A DNA stretch of 63,379 bases, filler included, from Phoronis australis (GCA_002633005.1; 3 parts of 3 records of this genome joined end to end with filler, not necessarily neighbours in it); one strand, 5' to 3'; counted from the whole stretch's first letter, positions 13,501-25,949 are shown. Notes: generated from the sequence alone by a model not told the origin. Made by a program: numbers and translations.

Positions 13501-16500
13501 TGTAGTTTGAAACCCAACAAGAGCCTTGTCTTTTTCAATGATATGTACTGTGGTCCCTTCCTAGTTCCAGGGGTACTCCCATAAACAGGGCTTGGAATGA
13601 CCAATGACAAAAAACGCGGAAACTTTGAAACTTTTACGGCGCAAATCTTGCCCGATAACCAACCTTGAAATGGTCAGTGTGAACCTTTCCCCGACAAAAA
13701 TCGGGAGGACTACAAAAAAAAAAAAAAAAAAAACGTTACCACCATCAGTAGCATGCGTCTGCGTCCTTTTAGCTCGCCCGTCCACTCCCAACCCACACAT
13801 TTTTGGCTGCAGAGCGGTAGTATTTGTCGCCGCGCTTAACAATAACACGAGACGCCATTGAAAATCCCACCACGCTGTCCCAGATGCCCCGGCAATGTTG
13901 ACAATTTACGTTCCTCCGAAACATAAAGAGCAACTTCCGCTTTTCGAGGTGAACGTCGTCTGCAACGCCGCGGTAAGAAAGGAATTTGCCGCGGAAATTT
14001 TATATCAAATCCGATTTTTTTACGCGGAAATATTATAAAAAAAGCGGAAAGCACATTTGAAAAAAGCGGAAATCCGCGTTTCCGCGGAAAATTCCAAGCC
14101 CTGCATAAAAGACATTTCGTTTTTGTTTTGTGCAACACTTCAGCTCTGTTTTCAACAAAATCCTTTCAGCACTGATGAAAAATAGAATTTTTCAAAACTA
14201 TTCCTATACGCATTACCAGGAACAGTGCATTAATCACACTGTCTCAAAAATTCCTTGGAATTCAAAAACCATTTTTGATACATGTTTTTCCAAAAAAAAG
14301 GCAAATTTCGACAAGGTCTTGGTTTAATAAGATTAGGAACCACATTTCAGAGAACCTGTGAAACTAAACCCTACCTGAGCAAGCATGAGAGGGGCAATAG
14401 AGTTGACCTCGAAACTTGATCTCATTGTTTCCGGAGTAACAGATCCAAATGGAACTCTGCCGCCGACCATTATTCCTTAAAGAGAGAAGAAAAATCAAAT
14501 CAAAAATTCACCAGTTTGTCATTAATTCGACAACTTTTACTCACTCATTTTTGATAGGTACATGCAAGTAAAAATGTGTTCCCCAGAACTAATGTACTGG
14601 CCCTAAATCTATATTTACCCCCAAGGGCTTTGCACAAGCACCATTTACTTGTTATTATCGTTCAGTTAAAATTTAAATCAGTCAGCCAGAGAGACTATGC
14701 AACATGTGTCAACAATTGGAATTTTAAGAAATTCAAAAACAACCGCAACGATAGACATTAACTGTAAAGCACAACTGTTGCTCTACGGACAGAAGATTTA
14801 TGTAACAGATATAAATATGGAATATACAAACCAGCATTATTGAGGAGAACGTTAAGTCCATCAGTACCCACCACACCTTCGACATACTTCACAACATCGC
14901 TGACTTTGTTATAGTCTGTCACGTCTGTAAACAAACACGTGACATTTGATGCTAACATACCGCAATGACAAACCGCTACAAACAATGCCAGAGAAAGTAC
15001 TGTATACTGGTCCAATTCCCATATCCCGAAATCACCATTCTTCATTTGCGGAGGTAGAAAAAAAACTTGCAAGATGGACCTAGTTTTAACATAGAAGGGC
15101 TGGTAACACACTTCTGAGCAGAGTCAGACAAGTGAAAAACATTGTGTGTCCCACTTAGCTTATGATTACCATGCATAGCTGTAGGGCAAGTGCCCCAAGG
15201 ATATGCAGCTTTGTGCGTAAATACTGCAGAATCAACGAGGGCACGGTAGTATTCCAGAAAGTGTCCGTTCCATATGAATGCAAATCATCATGACCTTGCA
15301 CACTACTGGCTTATGTACATGCCCAAAATTTAAAAATTTTCACTTGCATCCATCCAGAAATTCATTATTGCCATTCCATCCACGAAGAGACTTATCTGCA
15401 AAAGATCATGAACATACATCGAAGGGTTTTGCAGATACAGCAGCAAACTCTGGACAGGGATGATGGGATGAGCTCATACATAAATATGTAATCGTATAAA
15501 AATGGATGTACCTCAACTTGTTAGCGGCAGTGGCGGATCTACGGGGGGGTTCAGGGGGTTTAAACCCCCCCTCGGGCCAGGACCCAAAAATTAAAAAAAC
15601 AAAAGCGTCTCCAGCAAAACAAAAACGGCACCGCCAGCGTGTGTAAACCCCAAGTAAACCAACTTAGAAAAAAATGAGGGGGGGGTTCACTCTGAAAATA
15701 TAGTTTTTTTGTATTGTGAATTGCTGAGTCTTTGTGGCTCATCAGCAAAACGCGCGGGGAATTATTGTGCGCGCGCTTCCGTCGACACTTCTGAAGTAGC
15801 AAAGCATTTTAGATGGATTCACCGCTGAAAGAGCAGCTCTATAGCTGATTTCTTTAGATAACTAGCTTCTTTACTCTAAGATATATTTTGATTTGATTAG
15901 GGGAAATACTGCGGTGCCGCAACCCTGATATTCAGGCGAATTGACGTGCAACGTTTTTACCTCATCTGTCATGCCGTGTCATTCTATTACACTCAACACG
16001 TTTGTAACTGATGTATAGTAAAGTTGTCTTGCGCAATATCATACAGTGTACATGTACATGTAATATTGTGTACATGTACATGTAATATTTTTGAAAAAAA
16101 ATCTTTTTCCGAAGAATTGCTATTGTGGCGGGCGCCGTGGTCTGGTCGCGAGTCCGTTTGAAGACACACTCTATAACAAGTTATGTCTATACAAGGAATG
16201 ACCAAGGGGGCACTCACATTGAGAAAGTGACCGCATTCGCGAAAAGTGTACAGTACCAGAAATTGCGGGGAGGCTGTTCTTTCACAACAAAGTCTTGCGG
16301 GACTCGTGCGATGTTCAATAGGCCTCCTAAGGAGCCCTAGTTCCGACCTCAACACCTACCGTCTGTCTACCTGCAATAAGCACACTGCCGTCTTCTATAC
16401 TGGGAATTTCCGCAGAAAGGCTCACCCGATGAAACGCTCATGCCCATGGGCATTTATTTGATATTAGTACTTCGGGTTTCAAGCGTTCAGACATTGGGAC

Positions 16501-19500
16501 GTTTATTTCGAAAATTGCAAGAGATGCAAATAGGTCCTGGGATGCTTCGTCAAGGTTTGAAGTAGTCCATGATGAACGGATCAAATTTAGTTGCGCATGT
16601 AAGTCTTTTGAATGGACTTGGCAACCTCAAGGGTCTTAGTGTCAACTGAGCTGCGAAACGAGATGCTGACATTGTAGAGGCTTACAAGCTCATTGACACA
16701 GCAGTTGACGAAGTGCAAGCGTTGGGAACAAACATCGAAGATATCTGGGTAGAATGGTTCCAAGACGAGCAAATCATTGGATCCGATATACAAATTCCTC
16801 GGCAGTCTAGACAACAGAAGGATAGGACTAACGTATGAGTAACCACTGGGGATTAAAATTTTAGAGAGAAGTTTTCAATTCAAAATTTTTTGCATAGTAC
16901 ACTTTAGGTCTCGCGACGGACCAGGCCAGCTTGATTTGTGTAGATGTTGAGTTTCAGTGTACTTCTGGTCCCTCGGCGAACTAGTCTTGTGATTTTTTTA
17001 CCAAAGTGTGCTTTGTAAAACTATTTATCTCAGCCAGTACTGTTTGGTCCCGCGACAGATCGACTATTTTTATAGGGATAATAAGCACAGGTGTACTCTT
17101 GGTCTCGTGACGGACCAGGTCAGTTTTTTGTGTACTCTCAGTGTACATCTGGTCCCTCTGCAAACTAGTCCAGTGTATCTTTTCACCACTGTGCACAGGA
17201 TGTTTTGGTTTCGTGAAACTGTTTTCAGATGATTTGTTTCCTGATAGATTTGACGTTTTTCAATTGTTGTCAACGTGATTCAGCTTAATAAAGTGATACC
17301 TAATTATTTATTGTCGCTTATGAGTTGAGAGCATCATCGTTCACCAGTTTTTCTCCGTCGTAACGAGACAGAACACATGTTTATTTCCGGACTAACAGTA
17401 CAGGTCTTCGTTCAAGTTAAACAACTTGTGGCTGCTGTTACGCGATTATCTGATTATTCACGTTTTTACGCCCCGTCGGTGCTCCTTAATTATGCTCCTG
17501 AATATTTGGAAATTGTCTAAACCCCTGTATACACACCACACTTTTTCGTATACGACTTTTCGTATGCTAAAAAGGTGTGTGTAAGCAGATGTTCCAACAA
17601 AAATTTTTGCTGGTGGCGTGACTCATACCCAGATGTGCACAATATGGTTTCACGAAACTTATGTGCCAAGTTCATGTGATGAAATCGAGAAGGGTTTTTA
17701 ATTATCTTAAGAAAAACTCCAGAGACATGTTAAGTGCCAGAAACTTACCAGGGTGCATGGAAATTTCACTATTTGGCTACAAAAACAAAAAATAGCTTAC
17801 ACGGTAGGGGAACCCCCCTCCCGACCTCCCCACGCTCGGCGCACGCGCCTAGGATTCGACCTTGGCGGGAATCCTAAACCCCCCTTGGTGAAAACGTAGA
17901 TCCGCCACTGAGCGGTAAGAGAAACCTACCAAACTCCAGCACGTGTAGACGGTCTTTAAATTGGGAGTGTAAGTCGTTCAGTTCCTGAAAAGAATTATGA
18001 GATGTTATTGAAATTTGCTTTAATTTGTGATACGTGTTTCTCCAGGTATAAATACCATCTCATGCTTCCTAGCCCCTTTCCCTGATCTCCAAAATGCCCT
18101 ATACCATCAATGTTCAATAAACCTGCACTTTCAACCTTTTATTAGGGTAGCCCTTCACCTAGAAAGTGATGCGAAAAAGAGAGCAATGCACAAGAAATTT
18201 AAAAAAATAGGCGCACCCATATTTCGGAAAATTTTCCAAAAGTACACCCGTGGGCATACTCTCCATAAGTTAGCATGTTTCGAAAATCTGATGGATTAAT
18301 CTAAAATACATATACGTTTTGATGTATAGTTTTGTTCGTTTGACAAGACATTATATTTTGAGAATGTGATTTTACTCAGACAAATGACCATCATTTAGCG
18401 AGATATTGAGTGACATTATTGAGATATTAGCAAAGTATGAAGGACAGTTTTAATGACAGTTTCCGAAAACATGCCCCTCCTATTTCTGAGAACTCTCTCG
18501 GCCGTAATTCCGAATATCCTGTGGAATTTCACATTTCCTTACCCACTAAGTGGACAATAAAAACTTGAAAATTGAGCGGAGGTATGGCAAACCGGGTAAA
18601 AATGCAAAAAACATTGGTCACAGATAACAGCAAATGTCTTGGGTACCAATGCTTTCTACCGTGGCAATTCTAGGCACTAAGTCTACTGGACACAACTTTT
18701 TGAAAAAAGTACACTTTTTATCATCAGGGCAGCGAATGGGCACAGGCTCAAACCTAGACAGTCAGGAATATCCCTGGGCACTTGATTCTACACTTTCAAT
18801 GTGCAGACTTCCAAGCCTAGCTGTTCCCGGTGTCGTCCCCAGCTTTTACTTTTTGAAAGCAAAACTTGCCTGAGTCAAAACTCAAACAATTCACATGCAC
18901 ATATGACACGACAAATGATGCACTGAAAATTGCTAATTTTAGTCAAAGGCGTCCTCAGGTCCTAAGCTTCTGATCGTGCCCAATACAATATTTCATATAC
19001 AATCTACAAGGTATGACACTCAGGACTAGAAATTGCACGGGTGCTTCATTTCAGCCGTCCATATCAAACACAAAACTCAATAAATTTACACAAAACAGGG
19101 GTTCAACAAACCATGAGCAATATTGTTCTTTCTTCTAATACCATTCATTGTGTCCTGCTCCAGTGAGATCACAACAAATTTGCGGTCAAAGCACAAAAAT
19201 GTTCCCAAAAAGGCAATGCGTACTTACTAGTACAATGACGGTTCAAGGTCAAGGATGGTACAGAATTATCCGATGAGTTACAGATGGACGGCAATTGCCG
19301 GTTCATCACGGAAGGTTACGAAATCGTTTGGCTAAGAGCAGGAAATTTGAAAACGTGGAATTAAAAGTTCGTCAAACAAGACCTGCGTGTTTTTCACATG
19401 AAATGATTGAACAGACTGTAGGAAATGTCTTAAAAAATACTCACATTACTTCATGGTGAGTTTTCTTCATTTGAAAATTTTGCGAGTTAAAACTTGTATA

Positions 19501-19938
19501 TCAGAATTGAGACAAAATGATTATTTTTCGTTGAAAAATTCAGTCAAACAAAAAACGTCTGCTACTGTGCTAGCCCAGTGCCAGTGCCAGTGGCTGGAGA
19601 CACTCACTGTTTGTTGACAGGGGGCAACTCCATAAAATCTTGGCACCCACAAAACTGCACTCAAAATAAGTCAAAAATATCGCTTTTCAACTTTTGAGTT
19701 AAAAAAATGTTGCATTATTTTCCAGTTCACAGTAGAGGCTTGGCTTCGTACTAGTTTCGTAGTTTGCGAGTTGGTTTTCCGACTAACATGACTAAGCCGA
19801 CCGACATACCTTGGCATCTGTCTTGCTCCTACAAGTAGCGAACACGTGTTTTGGATATCCATCGGCACTTTTGAGATATTGTCGAACAAGCTCCAATCCA
19901 ATCCCACGATTACCACCAGTAATAAATATTGAATTCAT
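10532..19938 (-). CDS. Classical short-chain dehydrogenase/reductase, C-factor (CsgA)/sniffer-like carbonyl reductase, about 250 aa, 6 exons
   Basis: Exons: 19938-19810 (MNSIFITGGNRGIGLELVRQ, TGxxxGIG motif); 17984-17930; 14924-14832 (GLNVLLNNAG); 14475-14375; 12094-11945 (ILNMTSRMGSIDDNTSGKFYTYRASK, catalytic YxxxK); 10756-10532 (IHPGWVKTDMG...LPW, stop). All introns are GT-AG and phases join into one open frame. Confidence 0.93.
12222..12639 (+). mobile_element. Non-autonomous TIR element (CAGGGCTTGGAAT termini), copy A
   Basis: Termini CAAGGCTTGGAAT...ATTTCAAGCCCTG. Inverted homolog of 13586-14103. Flanks TTAAAT/ATCAAT look like a degenerate 6-bp TSD. Confidence 0.8.
13586..14103 (-). mobile_element. 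Non-autonomous TIR element, copy B, with 6-bp TSD CATAAA
   Basis: TIRs CAGGGCTTGGAAT/ATTCCAAGCCCTG. CATAAA lies on both sides (13580-13585 and 14104-14109). Confidence 0.85.
15528..17910 (+). mobile_element. 2.4-kb defective hAT-like DNA transposon with 5-bp TSD, in SDR intron 2
   Basis: Perfect 16-bp TIRs CAGTGGCGGATCTACG/CGTAGATCCGCCACTG. TSD AGCGG at 15523-15527 and 17911-17915. Contains an internal transposase remnant and a roughly 190-bp direct repeat (about 16900-17200). Confidence 0.9.
16538..16838 (+). pseudogene. hAT (THAP12/PRKRIR-ZMYM-like) transposase fragment, frameshifted
   Basis: LKGLSV..KRDADIVEAYKLIDTAVDEVQALGTNIEDIWVEWFQDEQIIGSDIQIPRQSRQQKDRTNV resembles the LS..LQ..D.D...PR...RQ..R.N segment of hAT transposases. 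Confidence 0.7.
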
Positions 19939-20130
19939 TCTTGAAATCCCGTAAAGAGAAAATTGCCGGTCACCACACTTCACCAAGTTACACAATTTGC
20001 TGCAGCTCCACCCAACGGTGTAAGGAAACGCAGGGCCATCTATTGGGAAAATTCTTTCGAATGTGACCAATCACGCTGCGAAATTATCGCGACTCTGGAT
20101 GATCTTTTCTCAACGGATTTGACTTTGAGG
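19939..20130. promoter_or_regulatory. Probable bidirectional promoter of the SDR (-) and zinc-finger (+) genes
   Basis: Head-to-head gene arrangement. CpG-containing stretch just upstream of the SDR ATG, CCAAT near 20067, and a candidate + strand non-coding exon donor GAG/GTAATA at 20130. This is inference. Confidence 0.4.
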
Positions 20131-20409
20131 TAATAGTCCAGAATATTTTGGGAAATTTTAGCACTTAATTGCCGATTTTGGAATGCGTCTCTCTTTGTAG
20201 CATATTAGAATGTCAAAGCAAACATTCTACGTCTGACAGGACCTTTTATGTAGCGCATTATCCATCTATTGGTTCCTTAAATGACACTTTATCTTTTCTA
20301 CTCTCGCTTCTGTAAAAAAACGGTTTCGAGGTTAATCATTTTTCTTCTGCTCCTGTCCTATCGTTCCTGTTCGTTGTTTTTTACGTTTTGTAACGATCTT
20401 GCGCGACTG

Positions 20410-20504
20410 CACAGGCGTCCTCAGCTTCTGTCCTGATCGTCCCCAACAATACTACTAATCTACTATATTGTATTGGGAACGATCAGAAGCTGAGGACGCC
20501 TGTG
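20410..20504. repeat. Short hairpin (MITE-like); related copy near 18947-18995
   Basis: Inverted arms CACAGGCGTCCTCAGCTTCTG...CAGAAGCTGAGGACGCCTGTG. Confidence 0.8.
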
Positions 20505-20555
20505 GTTGTATGAAGACCGTCAAAATACAGCTAGGTACCACTGGAACTGTGTCTG

Positions 20556-21080
20556 TGTGTGTTATTTTCCATAGACCCTGAAACTGCACACAGCCGGGGT
20601 AGTTCTGCTCGTCACCTTGCCGTGAAACTTGTATCAACATGATGGGTTCATGCAAAATCTGAGAATCAAACGACACTCACCTTGCCCGTTACAGCCGTTT
20701 AAGTGAAAAACAATCTTATAAACGTCATTTTCTTGCGTAATTTTTTTCTAACAAAGAGAAATTGTGTCGTCATTTCGAAAACAGTACGCTCGTGACATGA
20801 CACACGCGCCATTTCCTAAATTTTTGGACATCTCTCAGGAGATGATAGCTTGGCAGCAGCAAAATTTCTTCTGATATTTGATTTGCGGTTATCAAAATTC
20901 TTAAAACTTACAATGAAGTGAAACAGTTCCGATAATTTGCTTTGACGTGTACGCAACTTCGTGAAAGAACAACAGTTGATTGAAGAAACTGGCCAATTGG
21001 TGACACAATATTTCATGGCACCGAAAGCCATCGCTAAAGATCGCTCCACAACTTTAGCCGCAGAATAACGATAGAATGCC
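20556..21080 (+). mobile_element. Interspersed repeat; second copy split into about 30240-30559 and 33026-33280
   Basis: Long colinear similarity, e.g. CCATAGACCC.GAAA.TGCACACAGCC.GGGTAGTTCTGCTCGTCACC and TTGGCAGCAGC.AAATTTCTTCTGA. Confidence 0.8.
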
Positions 21081-22937
21081 AATTTTTCCAACACTGGTAA
21101 ATAATTTAGTTTACTCAAGGAAGGTTTTAGTTTTTAATGACACTAATTTTGTGTCAAGTTTTATCTGGTCAGCTTTTTACCCACATCGGTGCAAATTGTG
21201 TATTTAGTATATAGCTTTGCTCCAAGGCTGGCGTAACTAGTGTTGGACTGGCAAATCGTGTCTTGTAGTAAATTATTTGTGCTGATTGATAAATGGAAAT
21301 AGTCAATAGACTCGCTACGCTGACGCTGCACGATTTCCTGCAAATTACACTTCTTTTAAGGAAAACCACCAAAGTGACGACTGTGTAAATACTTTTCTAA
21401 TGAAGAGTGTACCTTTGGAGGTCGTAGGTGTCTAAGTTCTTCCAGCTCTAACAAATAGGCAACTCCAATATCTAGATTTTTCCATGGCATTAGCAGGGCC
21501 TTCATACAAGACCAAGGCTTGGGTTCATCAGGGAAATAAGTGTCACCATATTTTTCTTAGAGGAAATTAATAGCTGAACTTCAATCATTATTTTCCTTGT
21601 GCTTGGGGACAAATGTAAACATGCAGAGGATTCATGCCAGTTGGAACCCGTCCTTCATATTCCAAGAGGAGGCAGCACAAATTTTGGACTTGGAGGAGGT
21701 AACTAGTCCGCATAGACTTGTCTTAGAATTTCATTAGTTGTGGGTGTCATTCGTACTCAATAGGCGTTTTGAAATTGACATGCAAGGTCAGTGGAAGCAG
21801 TTCTTTCTGAACCCTGCTCTTATCATACAACTGTCCCAACTGGACTGTGTAACTAAACACAGCTTGAAAAAATGTTCATGGTCCTGGCTGAGAAGATCAT
21901 TGCTTTGTTACCCCTGTGGATTCTGAATAGCTGAGCCTGGAATGAAGGTACTTGTATATAGTGTACCATTGTCAAAATACATGTCCTTGGGTAAAAAGTG
22001 GATCCCCTTTTTCAATAAATGTAATTTGAACTTGTCTCGCAATGAAATATTGTAGAATGCCTAACTGTCCAAAAAAATTGTAACCCAGCATTCAAATTAT
22101 CTACCTGGATTGCTTCACAGTTGCTCTTGGAGATGTAGCTTTATGTGGTAGTCACTGTGCTCCACACAAAAAGACCTTCGATTGCTGGTAGCAATATTGT
22201 GGGACTGTTGGTGCTTGTCGTTACCTGCTACATTGCATTTCCCAAAGAGGAAACAATGAATGCTTCGTGCCCATTGAGATTGCAATGCAGTTGGCACTTG
22301 CCACAGTGCTTGAGATTTAGTGACCAGCTTCTTTCATTTAGGGATTGAGGAACTGCTATGTCAGTGATAACCATCGTCTTCATGACAACATTCTTTCCTA
22401 CCCATTTAAGACACGGGAACTTTATAAACTAAATCCAGCGTTGAAAATTAAACTTTTTCGTCGTTTGAACAGCAAAAATCAGTTACAATGGAAAAGAAAT
22501 ATCGCACGCTGTTGCTTAGTTGATATGCTCCAATCTCTATGTGTAACCTGGCTGAGCAACACAAGGGGGCGCCTTGACTTATTACAGTGATCCAATACTC
22601 CCAAAGAATGCAGTGAAATTTGAATAGGGGAGCGCATTATGTAGATCTTAGAGGTAGCAAATTTTAAAGGTCTGTAATGGGCCAAATTTATGATGCATGA
22701 TCTTTTTAATTTATTAAAGGCTACTAACATTGCTGTGAATGCCTGAAACTTTTCAAAATGTCTGATCGCAATATAAAACTTGTGAAATAGTAAAGCATTA
22801 CTTTGGTGCCACTTATTGTTTATGAGAAAATAAAGGATTGCTCGTCGGTCGTTTTGTTTTCTGAATTGTTTGGATTTTACTGTACTGTAAAATGTGTTAC
22901 GCTACATATCTGTTGTTTTCTGTCCAGTGCTGGTACA

Positions 22938-25319
22938 ATGGATCTTGGGGATTTTATGGATGTTGTGACGACATACAAATGCAAGTTTTGTGTCTTCACA
23001 TCGTCTACCACAGAGGCCCTGGCTGACCACATCAAAGCCGAGCATCTGAAGCAGACATTAGAGGTCAGCACTGATGTTGCTGCCACTCCACCTGCAGAGG
23101 TCACCACCTCGGTCACCACCTCGGTCACCACGGATACTGGTGTTGGAACGGATTCACGGGGTAATTATCTTCAGCGACTGGCAATAATTAGGTGTTTGCT
23201 GTGAGGGTCGTCTACTGTTTAATCTTTGAAAATCTGTAGAGCCATTTAATGCCTAGTTGTTGTGCTGTTTACTTTGATAAATATTGGCAAGGATTGACCA
23301 TATATCCGCACTTTGGGCAGTGTCCTCTCTGCCTTCGAACCGGTAACACCATGCATTTGAAACAAGGTCTTGACTTTTGAAGTACATTTCCAATGTATCG
23401 TGAACCAAGGTTCTGCGACTTGAACACATCTCATGTTTCTTTTAGGTCCAGATTTTTTGTTTGCATGCCACGGCTACTGTCCAATTGAATTCATTATATA
23501 CACTGGTTTTTGAATTGGGGGATTGACTTAAAACCATTGCGTCAAAATCCAGAATAATGCAGTTCTATGGATTAACAGTCAGAAAAATGGTACCCCCTGA
23601 CTATACCGTAATTGGCAGGAAACTCTTTCAATAGGTATTACCAAATGTGCCCTTGGCTAGCCGGTCGTATTTTGCTGGTAATGTTGACTTTCTCTTGCAG
23701 TGGCTGATGAAGCGCCATTTAAAGACAGTTCCACTTTCTCTTACAGTGGCTGATGAAGCACCATTTGAAGACATTTCCAGTTTCTCTTACAGTGGCTGAT
23801 GAAGCACCATTTCAAGACAGTTCCAATTTCTCTTACAGTGGCTGATGAAGCACCATTTGAAGACAGTTCCACTTCAATAACGCAAGTCCACGGCGAAACA
23901 GAAAAGCCAATTGTGGCAGTTGTAGAGGGGCATGTGATCGATCTCCAACCAGAGACCAACCAACAGCCTATCACTAAAGAAGTGTTTCTGTGTGGTCAAT
24001 GCAATGCGGGTGCGTTAAGCTTTGTTGCATAATGTGGTACACTCGCTCCTAGAAATAACAATGTGGTCCTTTATTAAGCAACTTTGTTTATGTGGTTCTT
24101 AAATTATTATCCTCTCGGACATGTTGGCAACATGTAAAGTGCTTGCATGCATTGTTAGTGGTTAGACATTAAATGCCTCTGCTGTCTTTGGCAGCGGTAT
24201 AACATTTGAGCATTTAGAGCAAAAAATATTGTTTCTCATTTGCCGTAAGATGGAACTTATGAGAAGCAATAGCGATGTGTCACATGGACTTCAAGATTTT
24301 TGAGAAGCAATATTGACTTGGCACGTGTAATCTTTGACTTCTTGTGCCTTGTTGCACCATGTGGACCTGACAACTTGTATGCTAGTGACTTAACAGAACC
24401 TGGATTTTGTTGTTAGTGCTTTGTATGTTCTGTCACCAGCCAGAGAGTCAAGGTTATTGTGCCCACTTGACTAGTTGGTATTGTTTTCTTGAAATAATGG
24501 AATGAATAGTCCTAAGCTTTGGGCAAATATTGTTGTCTTTTTGCAATACGGAGTCTCTTTTTGTTAAAATGTTATAAAATAAGTATGTACAGTACAAATT
24601 TTAGTAGAAACCAAATGTTCTGAGCTGTTTATTTGCAGTATAATAAGCCTAGTCATCTCTATTTCTGTTGACATTTAGGTTTTGGCAGTATTGACGAGTG
24701 CAAGAACCACATGATATGTGACCACAACCTCAACCTTCAGGTAGACGACAGCCTTCCCAGTATATCAGACACAACAATCGAGGACGACAACAAAATAAGC
24801 ACTGCTACTCAGGTTATTCGCAAGAAGCCTGGTCGGAAGCGAAAAGCTGACCAACCTCCCCCCTCCCCAGAACCTGTGCAGGAGGAGGTGAACGAACGAC
24901 TGGCAGAGGACGGCAGCTCACGGGGCAAACGTCCGGTGCGCTTACCCAAGGCACTGCAGACTGACTACCTGGTGCAGAAGTTCGACACCAAAAGATCACG
25001 CACCGACAAACGAGACCTCATGGCTCCGTTTAGGATGCGATGTAAAACGCGCGGTTGTGGAGCCCGGTTCAAGACGGAGGAGGCATTGGAGATGCACATG
25101 TCGTGTCACGCGCAGGGTGGTTTTGCATGTTTCCGCTGCGATGAGAAGGGAGAACAATGGCAAAATATGCGTATGCACCTGTGGAAGGCCCACTCACTGG
25201 ACACTGACCTTTTTGTGTGTGACCAGTGCGACTTTCACACCAACAGCGCCACAAGGCTGCTCAACCACAAGGCCATTCATGGAGAAGAAAGGCCACACTT
25301 GTGCCGATATTGTGGCAAG
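22938..25319 (+). CDS. Multi-C2H2 zinc-finger protein, N-terminal part (3' exons not in window)
   Basis: Exons: 22928(ATG at 22938)-23160 (YKCKFC...DHIKAEH); 23839-24009 (VFLCGQCNA); 24679-25319 (GFGSIDECKNHMICDH...CKTRGC..HMSCH, FACFRC..HLWKAH, FVCDQC..HKAIHGEERPHLCRYCGK). GT-AG introns with consistent phases; basic KKPGRKRK motif. Confidence 0.88.
23687..23875 (+). repeat. 4 x 46-bp tandem repeat spanning an intron-exon junction
   Basis: Unit TTTCTCTTRCAG|TGGCTGATGAAGCRCCATTTNAAGACAKTTCCA, with AG acceptors ending at 23700, 23746, 23792 and 23838. Confidence 0.95.
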
Positions 25320-25949
25320 GTAGGGTTAGATCTGAAACATTGCTGCTTTACTGTCTTGTTGCTTCAGTAAAGATTTCTTTATTTGTGACTGTCTCTTTAA
25401 CTCGCGATACCAACACATATCTGAAAAGGCTGTGTATGTATCACATCGTGTTCTGCTAAACTATGAGGATGGTGAAGACACGATGACATCAACAGATCAT
25501 TCGATCAGTGTTTTTATCACTATTTCTAATAGTGATCTTTTGCCCATAAATAAGTCTCCAAGCCATCTGACTGCTTTGTATTCAATCCTGTAGTGAAGTG
25601 TTTGTGGTTACAAATAAGTTCTGAAATCCGTGAATATATTGTAATGCATTCCCGGCTTTTCAAATGCAATAAAAACTAAAGGAAGCTGGTTGGGTTCTGG
25701 GGCGACGGGGTTAGTACCAATAATTAATCTTATGTTAATTTGATGCTGGATGAAGGGAAGTCATGAGATTTCAAGGAAATACCAATTACTGATTTTGTAA
25801 AACTTTGCTCTGGTGACCGGTTCCAGGTTAAGCTGGTAACTTGCCTTGTGACTTGCTGTGTCATAAAACGGCCAATTCTTCCAAATATAATCATTAAATG
25901 CAAATTATTGGTTCAGTTTTAAAACTGTTTAGTGATGGAGAAATGTTAA

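Noticed and set aside
16125-16340. Duplicated 71-aa ORF (also 46998-47186) as a small gene
   Set aside because: It is duplicated only because it lies inside two copies of the same transposon; it has a non-ATG start and no recognisable domain.
23687-23875. CRISPR-like or hammerhead-like array (CTGATGA in each 46-bp unit)
   Set aside because: Units are contiguous with no unique spacers, there are no cas genes, and there is no GAAA core with stems. It is a duplicated splice junction in a eukaryotic gene.
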